This document shows, piece by piece, positions 50,442-60,295 of a DNA stretch of 64,000 nucleotides (its first letter is position 1; the number at the start of each line of letters is the position of its first letter). The position numbers were made by a program, and so were the translations under genes. Below the pieces are notes generated by a model, which saw only the letters and a list, made by a program, of their open reading frames with translations, ran no database searches and had not been told where the DNA came from. The DNA is taken from positions 415 through 64,414 of the forward strand of contig JAAVZO010000034.1 in NCBI GenBank assembly GCA_022791685.1, in the 5' to 3' direction. This stretch comes from Clostridiales bacterium (GTDB lineage Bacteria > Bacillota > Clostridia > Oscillospirales > CAG-272).

Positions 50442-51695
50442 TTACGAGCGATAATCTCCGTTAATATGCACGTATTCGTAGCTTAAATCGCAGCCCCACG
50501 CTTTAGCCGACTTATCACCGGACTTCATGTCAACATCAATTGTTATAGAATCGCGCAGGAGTATATCCTTTGCCTTCTCCTCTGAGAACGGATAGCCGCA
50601 GCCATTTTCGCATACGAGAATTTCGCCTGCATCACTAATGAATTTCACATCGATTTTACTTGTGTCAATGTCGAGCCCAGCATATCCGAGTGCGCATAAT
50701 ACGCGTCCCCAGTTCGCGTCTGCACCGAACATCGCAGTTTTTACAAGTGACGAATTGATTACAGATTTTGCAAGCACACGAGCGCCATTGGAATCGCTGA
50801 AATTGCGGATATCGCACTCTATCAGCTTTGTTGCGCCCTCACCGTCAGCAGCAATAGCCGTACAAAGTTTTGTGCAAATCAGTTTGAGAGCGGACTTGAA
50901 TACTTCGAATTCTGTGCAATCAGCTGCAATTTCGTCATTTCCAGCAAGTCCCGATGCCATAACAGTTACCATGTCATTCGTAGAAGTATCGCCATCAACA
51001 CTCACCATATTGAATGTGTCACAAATAACTTCAGACAGTGCCTTTTGCAGCATTTCTGACGAAATATTTGCGTCGGTTGTGATAAAGCACAGCATAGTTG
51101 CCATATTTGGCTGAATCATTCCTGAACCCTTGCATATACCACCGATTCGTGCAATTTTGTCGCCGAGCTGCATTTCGAATGCAAATTCCTTCTTTTTCGT
51201 GTCAGTCGTCATGATCGCACTCGCTGCACGATCTGATGCGTCACAATCATCGCTAAGCGTGTCTATCAAGGTCGGGATTCCAGCTACGAGCGGTTCGATT
51301 GGAAGCGAAACACCGATGACTCCAGTCGAAGCGACGATGACATCGTCCGCCTGAATTCCAAGCTTTTCGGCGAGAGCCGCACAGGTTGCTTCCGCTTTTT
51401 CGTAGCCGTCAGTGCAGCACGCGTTTGCATTTCCACTGTTGCAGATCGCCGCTCTCGCTTTTCCATTTTTCAGGTGAGCGCGGGTAACTCCAACAGGCGC
51501 TGCGAACACACGGTTAGTCGTGAAAACACCGGCGGCGTTGCACTCTTTTTCTGCGCAAATCAACGCAAGGTCGAGTTTATCTTTATTTTTGCGTAGTCCT
51601 GCGTGAATACCGGTCGCTTTGAAGCCTTTCGCCGCGCAAACACCGCCATCGCAGGGTACAATACCATTGCATGGTATATTATTATATTCAGTCAT
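50442..51695 (-). CDS. argJ: Bifunctional ornithine acetyltransferase / N-acetylglutamate synthase
   Basis: KGFKATGIHAGLRK, autoprocessing-site PNMATMLCFITTDA, YVHINGDYRS at the C-terminus. Confidence 0.93.
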   Translation of the reverse strand: MTEYNNIPCNGIVPCDGGVCAAKGFKATGIHAGLRKNKDKLDLALICAEKECNAAGVFTTNRVFAAPVGVTRAHLKNGKARAAICNSGNANACCTDGYEKAEATCAALAEKLGIQADDVIVASTGVIGVSLPIEPLVAGIPTLIDTLSDDCDASDRAASAIMTTDTKKKEFAFEMQLGDKIARIGGICKGSGMIQPNMATMLCFITTDANISSEMLQKALSEVICDTFNMVSVDGDTSTNDMVTVMASGLAGNDEIAADCTEFEVFKSALKLICTKLCTAIAADGEGATKLIECDIRNFSDSNGARVLAKSVINSSLVKTAMFGADANWGRVLCALGYAGLDIDTSKIDVKFISDAGEILVCENGCGYPFSEEKAKDILLRDSITIDVDMKSGDKSAKAWGCDLSYEYVHINGDYRS

Positions 51696-51727
51696 GGTTA
51701 TTTATCTCCATTTTATTCACAATAAAA

Positions 51728-52453
51728 TTACATTACTATTCCGCCATTTGGAGCTATTATCTGACCCGTAATATAGTTGCCATTTTCACACAGAAAATAT
51801 ATGCACTCTGCCACTTCTCTCGCTGTCCCGATACGACACATCGGTATTTCCTCGGAAAGTGCAGAAATGTCAGTTTCTGATAAATGTGCGTTCATTTCGG
51901 TGTCGATAACTCCGGGTGCGACACAGTTTACCCGTATTCCAGACGGCGCGACTTCCTTTGCCAATGCCTTCGTAAAGCCAATAATCGCCGCTTTCGCGGT
52001 CGAATACTGAACCTCACACGACGCGCCGACTTGTCCCCACATCGATGAAATGTTCACAATTGCGCCATTTTTTTCATGTATCATATGCGGCAAAATTAGC
52101 CGCGAAAGATTCATCGGTGCAAACAAATCGACATCGAACAAGCGTCGTTCACGTTCAATCGACAGCATATCGAACAGCCCCACCTCAGATATTGCCGCAT
52201 TATTAACAAGTGCATCAACTTTTCCGAATGACAAAGCATATTCAACAAGTGCTTTACATTGTTCGTATTCGCCGACATCAGCCTGAAACGCGTATGCTTC
52301 ACCATTATTTGCACGAATTGTATCAACAAGCGCCGTTGCTTCAGCCGCACTATGGTTATAATTTACAATCACTCGCCAGTCATGCTCAGCGAAATACTCC
52401 GCAGTCGCTCGTCCAATACCACGTGATGCGCCCGTTATTATTACTGTTTTCAT
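51728..52453 (-). CDS. Short-chain dehydrogenase/reductase (FabG-like) embedded in the arg operon
   Basis: TGASRGIG cofactor motif, NNAAI, catalytic S...YSTAKAA (YxxxK). The gaps to argC and argJ are only 24 nt and 32 nt, both on the same strand. Confidence 0.85.
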   Translation of the reverse strand: MKTVIITGASRGIGRATAEYFAEHDWRVIVNYNHSAAEATALVDTIRANNGEAYAFQADVGEYEQCKALVEYALSFGKVDALVNNAAISEVGLFDMLSIERERRLFDVDLFAPMNLSRLILPHMIHEKNGAIVNISSMWGQVGASCEVQYSTAKAAIIGFTKALAKEVAPSGIRVNCVAPGVIDTEMNAHLSETDISALSEEIPMCRIGTAREVAECIYFLCENGNYITGQIIAPNGGIVM

Positions 52454-52477
52454 ATCCAGTTGCAGCGATATATCTGT

Positions 52478-53527
52478 TTAAAATGCCGGCGGAGGTGTGA
52501 GAAGTCCGGTTGACTCGTCGAGTCCGAAACGTATATTCATATTCTGAAGTGCCTGTCCAGCTGCACCTTTGACCATATTATCGATTACAGACGAGATTAT
52601 CAGCGTGCTGCAATGCTCGTCGAGGTGCAACGATATGTCGCAGTAATTTGACATACGCACATTCTTAATATTAGCATAATTGCCAAGTTTTTCAACTCTA
52701 ACAAAACGTTCATTAGCGTAAGCGTCAGTATATATTTTGTGAATCTGCTCGATATTCATCGTGCTTCCTTTTTCGTTCAACGTTACATACATCGACGATT
52801 CGATTCCGCGATTGACAGGAAGCAGGTGTGGAACGAACGTTACCTTCACCTTCGAGCCCGCAAGCTCGGTCAGTGTCTGCTCAATTTCGGGCGCATGACG
52901 ATGACAGCCAGCCTTGTATGCAGCGAACGCTTCGTTCGTATCGGGATAGTGTGTGCCCTGCGTGAGTCCGCGGCCAGCACCAGTCACTCCCGACTTAGAA
53001 TCTATTATTATATGTGCAGTTTCAATAATTCCTGACTTAATCGCAGGCATAAGTCCCAGCGAAATTGACGTAGGATAGCAGCCCGGATTGCCGATAATCG
53101 GCGCATTCTTTACTCTGTCGCGGTGCAGCTCGGGTATGCAGTACACCGATTTTTCGTGCAGCTCGGGGTGCTTGTACTCCTTGCCGTACCATTTTTTGTA
53201 ATCCGCTTCATCATTCAAACGGAAGTCCGCGCCAAGGTCAATAAGCACGGTGTCGGCAGCCTGACATTTTACTGCCATTTCCTCGGAAACTCCGTGTGGA
53301 ACGGAGGCAAAAACCACGTCGCAGCGCGCGATTATTTCATCGACGCTTTCGAGCGTCATCGGCACAATTTCCTTTAAATTCGGGTAAATATCGTCAAGCC
53401 GCTGTCCTTCATACGACACCGACGAAACGGCAGTTATCTCGGCTGCCGGATGATTCACGAGTAATCTTACCAGCTCAGCGCCCGCATATCCGGTCGCGCC
53501 GATTATTCCGACTTTGATTTTATTCAT
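52478..53527 (-). CDS. argC: N-acetyl-gamma-glutamyl-phosphate reductase
   Basis: [11 protein letters not shown] and the active-site GNPGCYPTS. The start overlaps the argH stop by 8 nt. Confidence 0.93.
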   Translation of the reverse strand: MNKIKVGIIGATGYAGAELVRLLVNHPAAEITAVSSVSYEGQRLDDIYPNLKEIVPMTLESVDEIIARCDVVFASVPHGVSEEMAVKCQAADTVLIDLGADFRLNDEADYKKWYGKEYKHPELHEKSVYCIPELHRDRVKNAPIIGNPGCYPTSISLGLMPAIKSGIIETAHIIIDSKSGVTGAGRGLTQGTHYPDTNEAFAAYKAGCHRHAPEIEQTLTELAGSKVKVTFVPHLLPVNRGIESSMYVTLNEKGSTMNIEQIHKIYTDAYANERFVRVEKLGNYANIKNVRMSNYCDISLHLDEHCSTLIISSVIDNMVKGAAGQALQNMNIRFGLDESTGLLTPPPAF

Positions 53528-54917
53528 TAGTCTTACCTCCGTGGTTATTTTTTAAAAATTCGTCCACAATTTCAATCTGTCTGAGCACCGACTCACGCGC
53601 TGGACCACCTCTTACCTTGCGTCCGTTTACGCAGTTCATCAGGTCGATCGCCTCGTACACATCCTCATCAAATTCAACGCACACGTCGCGGTACTCGTCG
53701 AGCGTCAGCTCTTCAAGTGTCTTGTCATTATCTACACAATATGCAACCAATGTTCCCGAAGCTTTGTACGCGTCGCGGAACGGCATACCCTTCTTTACGA
53801 GATAATCAGCGCAGTCGGTCGCGTTGATGAAGCCCTTAGCAGCTGCCTTACGGAGACGGTCAGCACGGACGGTCATCGTCGCAAACATCGACGTAAATAC
53901 CTCAATCGAGATAAGTGTGTTGTCAATTGCGTCGAAAATCGCTTCCTTGTCCTCCTGCATATCCTTGTTGTACGCGAGCGGCAGCGATTTCATCATCGTG
54001 AGCAGCGTTGTGAGGTCGCCGTATATGCGTCCAGTCTTGCCGCGGACCAGTTCAGCGACATCGGGGTTTTTCTTCTGCGGCATTATCGACGAACCAGTCG
54101 AGAACGCATCGTCGAGTTCGATAAATCCAAACTCAGATGAACACCAAAGGATTATTTCCTCGGAAAAACGGCTCATGTGCATCATCAAAATTGACAGCGT
54201 TGATGCAAGTTCGATTGCGAAATCACGGTCGGAAACTCCGTCAATAGAGTTCTCCGTAACCGCCGGAAAACCAAGCAGCTCAGCGACTCTCTCACGATTT
54301 ATCGGGTAGGTCGTCGACGCAAGCGCTCCGGAACCGAGCGGCATTGCATTCATTCTTTTTTCACAGTCGCAGAGTCTGCCGTAATCACGCATTAACATCT
54401 GCGCATACGCAAGGATATAGTGTGCAAAAGTGACCGGCTGTGCGCGCTGCAAATGTGTGTATCCTGCCATAACCGTATCTACGTGCAGTTTTGCCTTTTC
54501 GGATATCGCCGACAGCAAGCCGAGCACACGCGCCTTTATTTCCTGTACCTCAGTCAGGAGATACATACGTATGTCCAGCGCGACCTGATCGTTGCGGCTG
54601 CGCGCGGTGTGAAGACGCTTACCGGTGTCGCCGATACGCTCGGTCAGTATCGTTTCAATATTCATGTGGATGTCCTCAGCGTCGATTGAAAATTCGAGCG
54701 CGCCCGACTCAACGTCAGCGAGAATTCCCTTCAGCGCCTCGACTATCTTCTCCGACTCCGATTTTGCGATGATACCGCACTCACCTAGCATGGTCGCGTG
54801 CGCGATCGAGCCCTCAATGTCTTGACGGTACATGCGTCCGTCGAACGAAATCGACGAATTGAAGTCGTTTACACGCGAATCGACATCCTTTTTAAATCTT
54901 CCAGACCATAATTTCAT
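53520..54917 (-). CDS. argH: Argininosuccinate lyase
   Basis: MKLWSGRF and the fumarate-lyase signature [12 protein letters not shown]. Confidence 0.95.
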   Translation of the reverse strand: MKLWSGRFKKDVDSRVNDFNSSISFDGRMYRQDIEGSIAHATMLGECGIIAKSESEKIVEALKGILADVESGALEFSIDAEDIHMNIETILTERIGDTGKRLHTARSRNDQVALDIRMYLLTEVQEIKARVLGLLSAISEKAKLHVDTVMAGYTHLQRAQPVTFAHYILAYAQMLMRDYGRLCDCEKRMNAMPLGSGALASTTYPINRERVAELLGFPAVTENSIDGVSDRDFAIELASTLSILMMHMSRFSEEIILWCSSEFGFIELDDAFSTGSSIMPQKKNPDVAELVRGKTGRIYGDLTTLLTMMKSLPLAYNKDMQEDKEAIFDAIDNTLISIEVFTSMFATMTVRADRLRKAAAKGFINATDCADYLVKKGMPFRDAYKASGTLVAYCVDNDKTLEELTLDEYRDVCVEFDEDVYEAIDLMNCVNGRKVRGGPARESVLRQIEIVDEFLKNNHGGKTNE

Positions 54918-54935
54918 AATGTTCTTCTATATCAG

Positions 54936-54981
54936 CACCGAAGGGAAAATATTCCACTCCGCGGAATATACCCCTTCGGTG
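54936..54981 (-). promoter_or_regulatory. Long hairpin in the argG-argH intergenic region, 18 nt upstream of argH
   Basis: CACCGAAGGG/CCCTTCGGTG outer stem and ATATTCC/GGAATAT inner stem. There is no U-tract after it on the coding (minus) strand. AAGGAGA lies just 5' of it. Confidence 0.5.
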
Positions 54982-55067
54982 TTTCTCCTTAACTAACTTG
55001 TACTTTGGAAATCAATATATAAATATTATATACTATATTTGTTATATATTATACATAATAATGTAAC

Positions 55068-56297
55068 TTATTTTGAACGGCGAGCGTCAAGCTTAGCCTT
55101 TTCCTTGATCGGAAGACCGAACAGGTTGATGAAGCCGGCTGCATCTGCCTGGTTGTAATCCTCGTCCTCGCCGAAGGAAGCGGTCTGCTCATCGTAGAGA
55201 GTGTATGGCGAGGTAACGCCAGCGTTGATGAGGTTGCCCTTGTAGAGCTTCAGAGTAACGTCGCCAGTAACGGTTTCGTTAGCCTTGTCAACAAATGCGC
55301 TGATAGCCTCACGGAGAGGTGTGAACCACTGACCATTGTAAACGAGGTCTGCCATCTTCGGCGCGATCTGTGCGTACATGAAGTGGAAGGTCTCCTTGTC
55401 GAGGGTGATAGTTTCGAGCACGTTGTGCGCCTTGTAGAGGATAGTTCCGGCGGGAGTTTCGTATACGCCGCGGCTCTTCATGCCGACGAGACGGTTCTCA
55501 ACGATGTCGAGGAGTCCGATTCCATTCTCACCGCCGAGCTTGTTCAGCAGAGTAACGAGCTCAACTGCGCCCATTTCCTTGCCGTCAACTGCGGTCGGAA
55601 TGCCCTTTTCGAAATGAATGGTAACATAGGTGGGCTTGTCTGGAGCCTGTTCAGGCGATACGCCGAGCTCGAGGAAGCCTTCCTTGTTGTACTGCGGCTC
55701 ATTTGCTGGAGACTCGAGGTCGAGACCTTCATGTGAAAGGTGCCAGAGATTCTTATCCTTCGAGTAGTTGGTTTCGCGGTTGATCTTCAGCGGGATGTTG
55801 TGAGCTTCTGCGTAGTCGATCTCTTCGTCACGGGACTTGATATCCCACTCACGCCACGGAGCGATTATTGCCATATCAGGAGCGAATGCCTTGATCGTGA
55901 GCTCGAAACGTACCTGGTCGTTTCCCTTACCGGTGCAGCCGTGACAGATAGCGTCAGCGCCTTCAGCGATCGCGATCTCAACGAGACGCTTAGCGATGCA
56001 GGGACGCGCGTGCGACGTGCCGAGGAGGTAGTCCTCATACTTCGCGTCAGCCTTGAGGCAGGGCCAGATGTAATTTTCAATGTAATCCTGTTTGAGGTCT
56101 TCGATGTAGAGCTTCGACGCGCCAGTCTTTATAGCCTTTTCTTCGAGTCCTTCGAGCTCAGTTCCCTGTCCAACGTCACCGGAAACCGCGATAACTTCGC
56201 AATTGTTATAGTTTTCCTTCAGCCACGGAATGATGATTGAAGTGTCAAGTCCGCCCGAATATGCGAGTACGACTTTTTTAATATCTTTTTTATTCAT
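55068..56297 (-). CDS. argG: Argininosuccinate synthase
   Basis: [15 protein letters not shown]-binding motif. The start at MNKKDIKK (56297) follows AAGAGG. Confidence 0.95.
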   Translation of the reverse strand: MNKKDIKKVVLAYSGGLDTSIIIPWLKENYNNCEVIAVSGDVGQGTELEGLEEKAIKTGASKLYIEDLKQDYIENYIWPCLKADAKYEDYLLGTSHARPCIAKRLVEIAIAEGADAICHGCTGKGNDQVRFELTIKAFAPDMAIIAPWREWDIKSRDEEIDYAEAHNIPLKINRETNYSKDKNLWHLSHEGLDLESPANEPQYNKEGFLELGVSPEQAPDKPTYVTIHFEKGIPTAVDGKEMGAVELVTLLNKLGGENGIGLLDIVENRLVGMKSRGVYETPAGTILYKAHNVLETITLDKETFHFMYAQIAPKMADLVYNGQWFTPLREAISAFVDKANETVTGDVTLKLYKGNLINAGVTSPYTLYDEQTASFGEDEDYNQADAAGFINLFGLPIKEKAKLDARRSK

Positions 56298-56334
56298 GGT
56301 AATGTACCTCTTTTGATTCAAATTTATTTTTAAC

Positions 56335-56413
56335 TTGGCAAGGTATTCATAATGGGATCTTGTCCCATTATGAATACGAAATGCCGCTCAACGAGCCAGC
56401 GGCATCTTGCCAA
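56335..56413 (-). promoter_or_regulatory. Compact three-helix palindrome cluster in the argG 5' leader (RNA three-way junction or operator)
   Basis: Outer arms TTGGCAAG (56335-56342) and CTTGCCAA (56406-56413). Perfect 15-bp hairpin (56343-56357 / 56363-56377). 8-bp hairpin (56381-56388 / 56398-56405). Linkers are 0-3 nt. Confidence 0.6.
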
Positions 56414-56425
56414 CGTTATGCATAT

Positions 56426-56454
56426 ATTATACACCTTTTTTTGCATAAAAGCAA
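56426..56454 (-). promoter_or_regulatory. SigA-type promoter for argG
   Basis: On the minus strand: TTGCTT, 17-nt spacer, TATAAT. Confidence 0.6.
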
Positions 56455-56668
56455 GACAAATCCTGTATAATCATGTATAAATATTCAGGTATATCTTTAC
56501 GCATTCTGACCAAATATGTATACGCAGGCTGTATATCGCGGGTTTTATGCAATTTTCTTCTGGTGTCCTGCATTGCTGCGGTTTTATGCTTTAGCACGAA
56601 TACGATTTTAAATAAATACATTTTTTCATCAATCAAAATAAAAAATATTATCTATTTTTCAATAACCA

Positions 56669-56697
56669 TTGACAAGCAAAATTTTCTATGATATAAT
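56669..56697 (+). promoter_or_regulatory. Consensus SigA promoter with extended -10
   Basis: TTGACA (56669-56674), 17-nt spacer, TGaTATAAT (ending 56697). Confidence 0.7.
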
Positions 56698-56857
56698 ATA
56701 GTTGTAGTAATCGATTGCACAAATCATTATTTCAAGATAGTCATATGCTATGTGCACGATGGTAAATGACAGTCTGCCAGATGGACATTCTTGCCATGTA
56801 TCACAGAATGTGAAATGAAAGTTGGTACAAATTTTATAAGTAAAGTGAGGACACCTC

Positions 56858-57217
56858 ATGAAAACGAAACATCGGGTTTCAATCGCACTCCTACTCGCGC
56901 TCTCCTGCTCTGCCCTCAGCTTTGGTACCCAGATTACCGCGCAAGAAAGAACTTTATGTTATCACTTGTATTTAGCGAAAAGAAGCGAAAGCAGGGATAA
57001 CTACTCCGTTATTGATAAGCAAAATCATTCATTCTATTTAACTGAGGATTTTCAATGCTTAGACTGCGGAGTGCACTTTATCGAAGGTCCAACGTATACG
57101 ATAGATACTCACACTACAACTTCATATATCTTTGATTATGTAGGTAGCAAGTGTGAACGAACATATTGTGTAGAATGTGGACACATCATTTCGGATCGCT
57201 ACATTCCATACGATTGA
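56858..57217 (+). CDS. Small secreted cysteine-motif protein (119 aa)
   Basis: Signal peptide (ALLLALSCSALSFGTQITA), then CLDCG and CERTYCVECG motifs. RBS GAGGA. Confidence 0.55.
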   Translation: MKTKHRVSIALLLALSCSALSFGTQITAQERTLCYHLYLAKRSESRDNYSVIDKQNHSFYLTEDFQCLDCGVHFIEGPTYTIDTHTTTSYIFDYVGSKCERTYCVECGHIISDRYIPYD

Positions 57218-57226
57218 CAGTGAATA

Positions 57227-57257
57227 GTCCAAAGCGGTATAATGTACCGCTTTGGAC
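57227..57257 (+). terminator. Hairpin after the small secreted protein gene
   Basis: 13-bp stem GTCCAAAGCGGTA/TACCGCTTTGGAC. No clear T tract. Confidence 0.45.
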
Positions 57258-57279
57258 TTACTGCAAAAGGAGGTAATCA

Positions 57280-59730
57280 ATGCGTAATAAGATTTTATCT
57301 ATATTACTTATATCATTAATAATTATTTCTCTGTCATATGTCGCATCATGCGATAAAAGTAACGATAGCAACATTGAAAGCACAACAAAAAAAGACTATA
57401 GTAAATCACCCGAAAAGATGATTTACAAGTTCGATTACATAAATCCACCTCCAGGTTTTTCCGATTATTTTTCCAACAACTATTTTTCAACAATTGAATA
57501 TGCAATCGCAGTCAACGATATGATACCAATAAAAGATGGCATACAATATTACACATATAATATTGAAAATAACGAGTATGATATTGTGCATTTCAACAAT
57601 GAAATACAATTCAATGAATACTACTATTATTATTCTTTCGATAACTATGTTGAAACAGTCGATGGAAGCTATTATGCGTTAGGATTTGAAACAACCAAAA
57701 GTAATGACATACCCAATAATAACCGCGAAGTCTTTATAAAATATGACCCAGATGGAAATATAGCGTATGCAGTTCCAATTGCGGATATTGATTCACGAAT
57801 AAATGTATACTCTACTAAGTTCTGCGTCGATGCCAACAACAATATTTATTTCTTTTTGGGGCACAATTATGATGAGCTTATTATCGTGTATTCTGACAGT
57901 CTCGAATATTTGTTCTCAATAAATAATTTCTTAGGTAAATCAAGATTTAATCAAACTGATATTTTTTCGGACAGCGAGCAAACTGTCTACTTATGTTATA
58001 CAGAACGAACCACTCCATTAGACAGTGAAATACGATTTCTCCGCATAGATCCAGAAATAAAAGGGCTTCGTGACTACAGCGAAATGCCGCAGCTTTTATG
58101 CCGAATTGCTCGTGATGCCAACACGCATATGACCAAGGGAACGCTCGGCGGCGGCGAGTATGATGCATACGCATATGACTACACCGGCGTTTATGGCTAT
58201 AAGCTGGGTGAAGATCCAGTTCAGTTGTTCGATTGGCTGCAATTCGGACTTGACATCAACATGGTGAAGGATATCTACATCCACTCGGAAGACGAAATTT
58301 TCGTAGTTCTCTACCGCTCGGAAGATGAATATGACAGCTATTTTGACCGGATGTACGATTATGGCAGAATCCACAAAGTGCCGATTTCGTCGGTTTACGG
58401 CGAAGGCGCGACCGAAGAGATTACTTTGACACTTGCGATTGATGAAGAAAACAACGCAAGCTATGCAAAAATACTTGAATGTGCTGCGTCGTTTGTGCGA
58501 AATTCTGGATGCCTTGTGGAAATTGTGTCATACAGCGACACTGAGGGCGGATTCAGCGCCAATCAAAAGCTGGTGCGCGACATAGCTGCGGGAAATGTTC
58601 CGGATGTTGTGGCGTTCGGCGGCGATATCACCTATGAGCAATTGGCTAATATAGGTGTATTCGTCGATTTGTACAGTCAAATTGACAACGACAGCGAAAT
58701 AAATCGCAGCGATTTTCTTCCCTGTGTACTAAAGCCATTCGAAAACAAAAAAGGCGAACTATTGCAGTTGATAAACGAATTCTCTATATCTACGATGATA
58801 ACAAAAAAATCAGTATCAGATGAGTATTTTAATGGCAGCTCGCCAACTTGTGAACAATTACTGGCACTTAATAGTACGCTTAAAAATAACCAATATTTGT
58901 TCGATGTGCGCAATATTTCGTCGATATCTGAGGCTTCAAATAAACTATTTAGTGATATTTTGCCGCACATGCTCGGTAATTTTATTGATTATGAGCAAAA
59001 GACTTGCAATTTCGATGGTTTAAAAGACCTTTTAAGATTATGCAAAGAATCAAAATTGAACGTGATAAATGGATTTAGCGATCCGAACAAAACAATGTCT
59101 GGCGATTTGAAAATATTGCAATCGACATACGCTAATGCAGCTTTGTATTTATATGACAGAAATATGTATTTCAACAGTAATGATATTAGCTATATTGGAT
59201 ATCCAAGTGTTTCTTATAGCAGTGCAAGCATTATACCAGCAAGCAGTTTTTCAATCACGAAACAGAGTAATAATCAAGAATTTGCGTGGAAACTTATCAG
59301 ACATTTCATTGCTATAAAGGAAAACAGCTTAAATAACAAACAAAATTATGGAACATTTTCATATTTTCCTTGTACATACCGCGGTATTGATATAGTTTTT
59401 GAAAACATCGGCAAATGTATAATTCAAATGGGAGGAGATTATTATCGCAATGCTGGAGATGCCGACGATTCATTTTCGATAATACTTTCATTTAACGAAA
59501 GCACTCCAGAATTTCGAGCACAAGTTGGAAATAATATTGTAGAAGTTAATGAATCAGACAAAACAGCATTGATAGAATTGTTTGAAAATATTAACACTGC
59601 ATACATTTCAGATACTATTATTTCGTCAATCATCATTGAAGAAGCATCATATTACTTCTCTGGAGTAAAGAATCTCGACGACACTATTAAAGTTATAACG
59701 AGCAGAGTTGAGGCAAAAGTATTTGAATAA
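57280..59730 (+). CDS. Large lipoprotein (816 aa) whose C-terminal half resembles an extracellular solute-binding protein
   Basis: Lipobox LSYVAS-C. The N-terminal roughly 370 aa are Tyr/Asn-rich. The C-terminal half has SBP-like stretches (ITLTLAIDEEN..., AAGNVPDVVAFGG). No permease or ATPase gene is adjacent. Confidence 0.5.
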   Translation: MRNKILSILLISLIIISLSYVASCDKSNDSNIESTTKKDYSKSPEKMIYKFDYINPPPGFSDYFSNNYFSTIEYAIAVNDMIPIKDGIQYYTYNIENNEYDIVHFNNEIQFNEYYYYYSFDNYVETVDGSYYALGFETTKSNDIPNNNREVFIKYDPDGNIAYAVPIADIDSRINVYSTKFCVDANNNIYFFLGHNYDELIIVYSDSLEYLFSINNFLGKSRFNQTDIFSDSEQTVYLCYTERTTPLDSEIRFLRIDPEIKGLRDYSEMPQLLCRIARDANTHMTKGTLGGGEYDAYAYDYTGVYGYKLGEDPVQLFDWLQFGLDINMVKDIYIHSEDEIFVVLYRSEDEYDSYFDRMYDYGRIHKVPISSVYGEGATEEITLTLAIDEENNASYAKILECAASFVRNSGCLVEIVSYSDTEGGFSANQKLVRDIAAGNVPDVVAFGGDITYEQLANIGVFVDLYSQIDNDSEINRSDFLPCVLKPFENKKGELLQLINEFSISTMITKKSVSDEYFNGSSPTCEQLLALNSTLKNNQYLFDVRNISSISEASNKLFSDILPHMLGNFIDYEQKTCNFDGLKDLLRLCKESKLNVINGFSDPNKTMSGDLKILQSTYANAALYLYDRNMYFNSNDISYIGYPSVSYSSASIIPASSFSITKQSNNQEFAWKLIRHFIAIKENSLNNKQNYGTFSYFPCTYRGIDIVFENIGKCIIQMGGDYYRNAGDADDSFSIILSFNESTPEFRAQVGNNIVEVNESDKTALIELFENINTAYISDTIISSIIIEEASYYFSGVKNLDDTIKVITSRVEAKVFE

Positions 59731-59749
59731 ATCTATGGAGGTAAGATAC

Positions 59750-60154
59750 ATGAAGCTACGCATATACATGCTGCTTTCGGCATTATTCATAATATTCGCA
59801 CTCCCCTCCTGCGGTATACACTCAGACGTTTCTACCAATACAGGCTATCCATCCGGGCAAATTCAGCGCGAAATGCTGTATTATGACGGCTCGGTCTGGG
59901 GTCGCGACTTCTACGGGGATGACAACTACGGAAGCGGGCGCTATCTCGACGAACTCCCATCCGGATATACTCTCGTCGGCGAAATCACCAGTGAAGATTC
60001 GTACAACATTCCAGCGGTAGACTTCCAGTCGGCACATATCAAAGTTGGAGTAAAGGTATACGCAAGTGATGAAAATTCCGATTATATTTATCTGGAAGAT
60101 AGCGATAAAACCAAAATTCACTATGACCGTTTTTTGAAAATCAGTATAAATTAA
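59750..60154 (+). CDS. Small lipoprotein (134 aa)
   Basis: MKLRIYMLLSALFIIFALPS-C lipobox. RBS GGAGG precedes the ATG at 59750. Confidence 0.6.
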   Translation: MKLRIYMLLSALFIIFALPSCGIHSDVSTNTGYPSGQIQREMLYYDGSVWGRDFYGDDNYGSGRYLDELPSGYTLVGEITSEDSYNIPAVDFQSAHIKVGVKVYASDENSDYIYLEDSDKTKIHYDRFLKISIN

Positions 60155-60157
60155 CCA

Positions 60158-60203
60158 ATATAAACGCTATATAGATACATCTATATAGCGTTTATATATT
60201 TTC
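60158..60203 (+). terminator. Intrinsic terminator
   Basis: 18-bp stem ATATAAACGCTATATAGA/TCTATATAGCGTTTATAT followed by ATATTTT. Confidence 0.75.
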
Positions 60204-60295
60204 AAAATTAAAATAAAATATGCAAAAATATCAACACAAGCTTTTAAAAAATCGGGAGAAAATAAAATTGAAAACGAATTGAAAGGAATGATAAA

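Noticed and set aside
56343-56377. Calling the 15-bp palindrome a canonical ARG box
   Set aside because: The TGAAT/ATTCA-like half-sites are in everted orientation and 20+ bp apart, rather than the 18-bp TGAAT-N4-ATTCA arrangement. It is therefore mentioned only as an alternative hypothesis.
56430-60290. AT-rich island as a mobile genetic element or prophage remnant
   Set aside because: No integrase, transposase, recombinase, tRNA attachment site or flanking direct or inverted repeats are visible. It is kept only as a compositional island in the findings.
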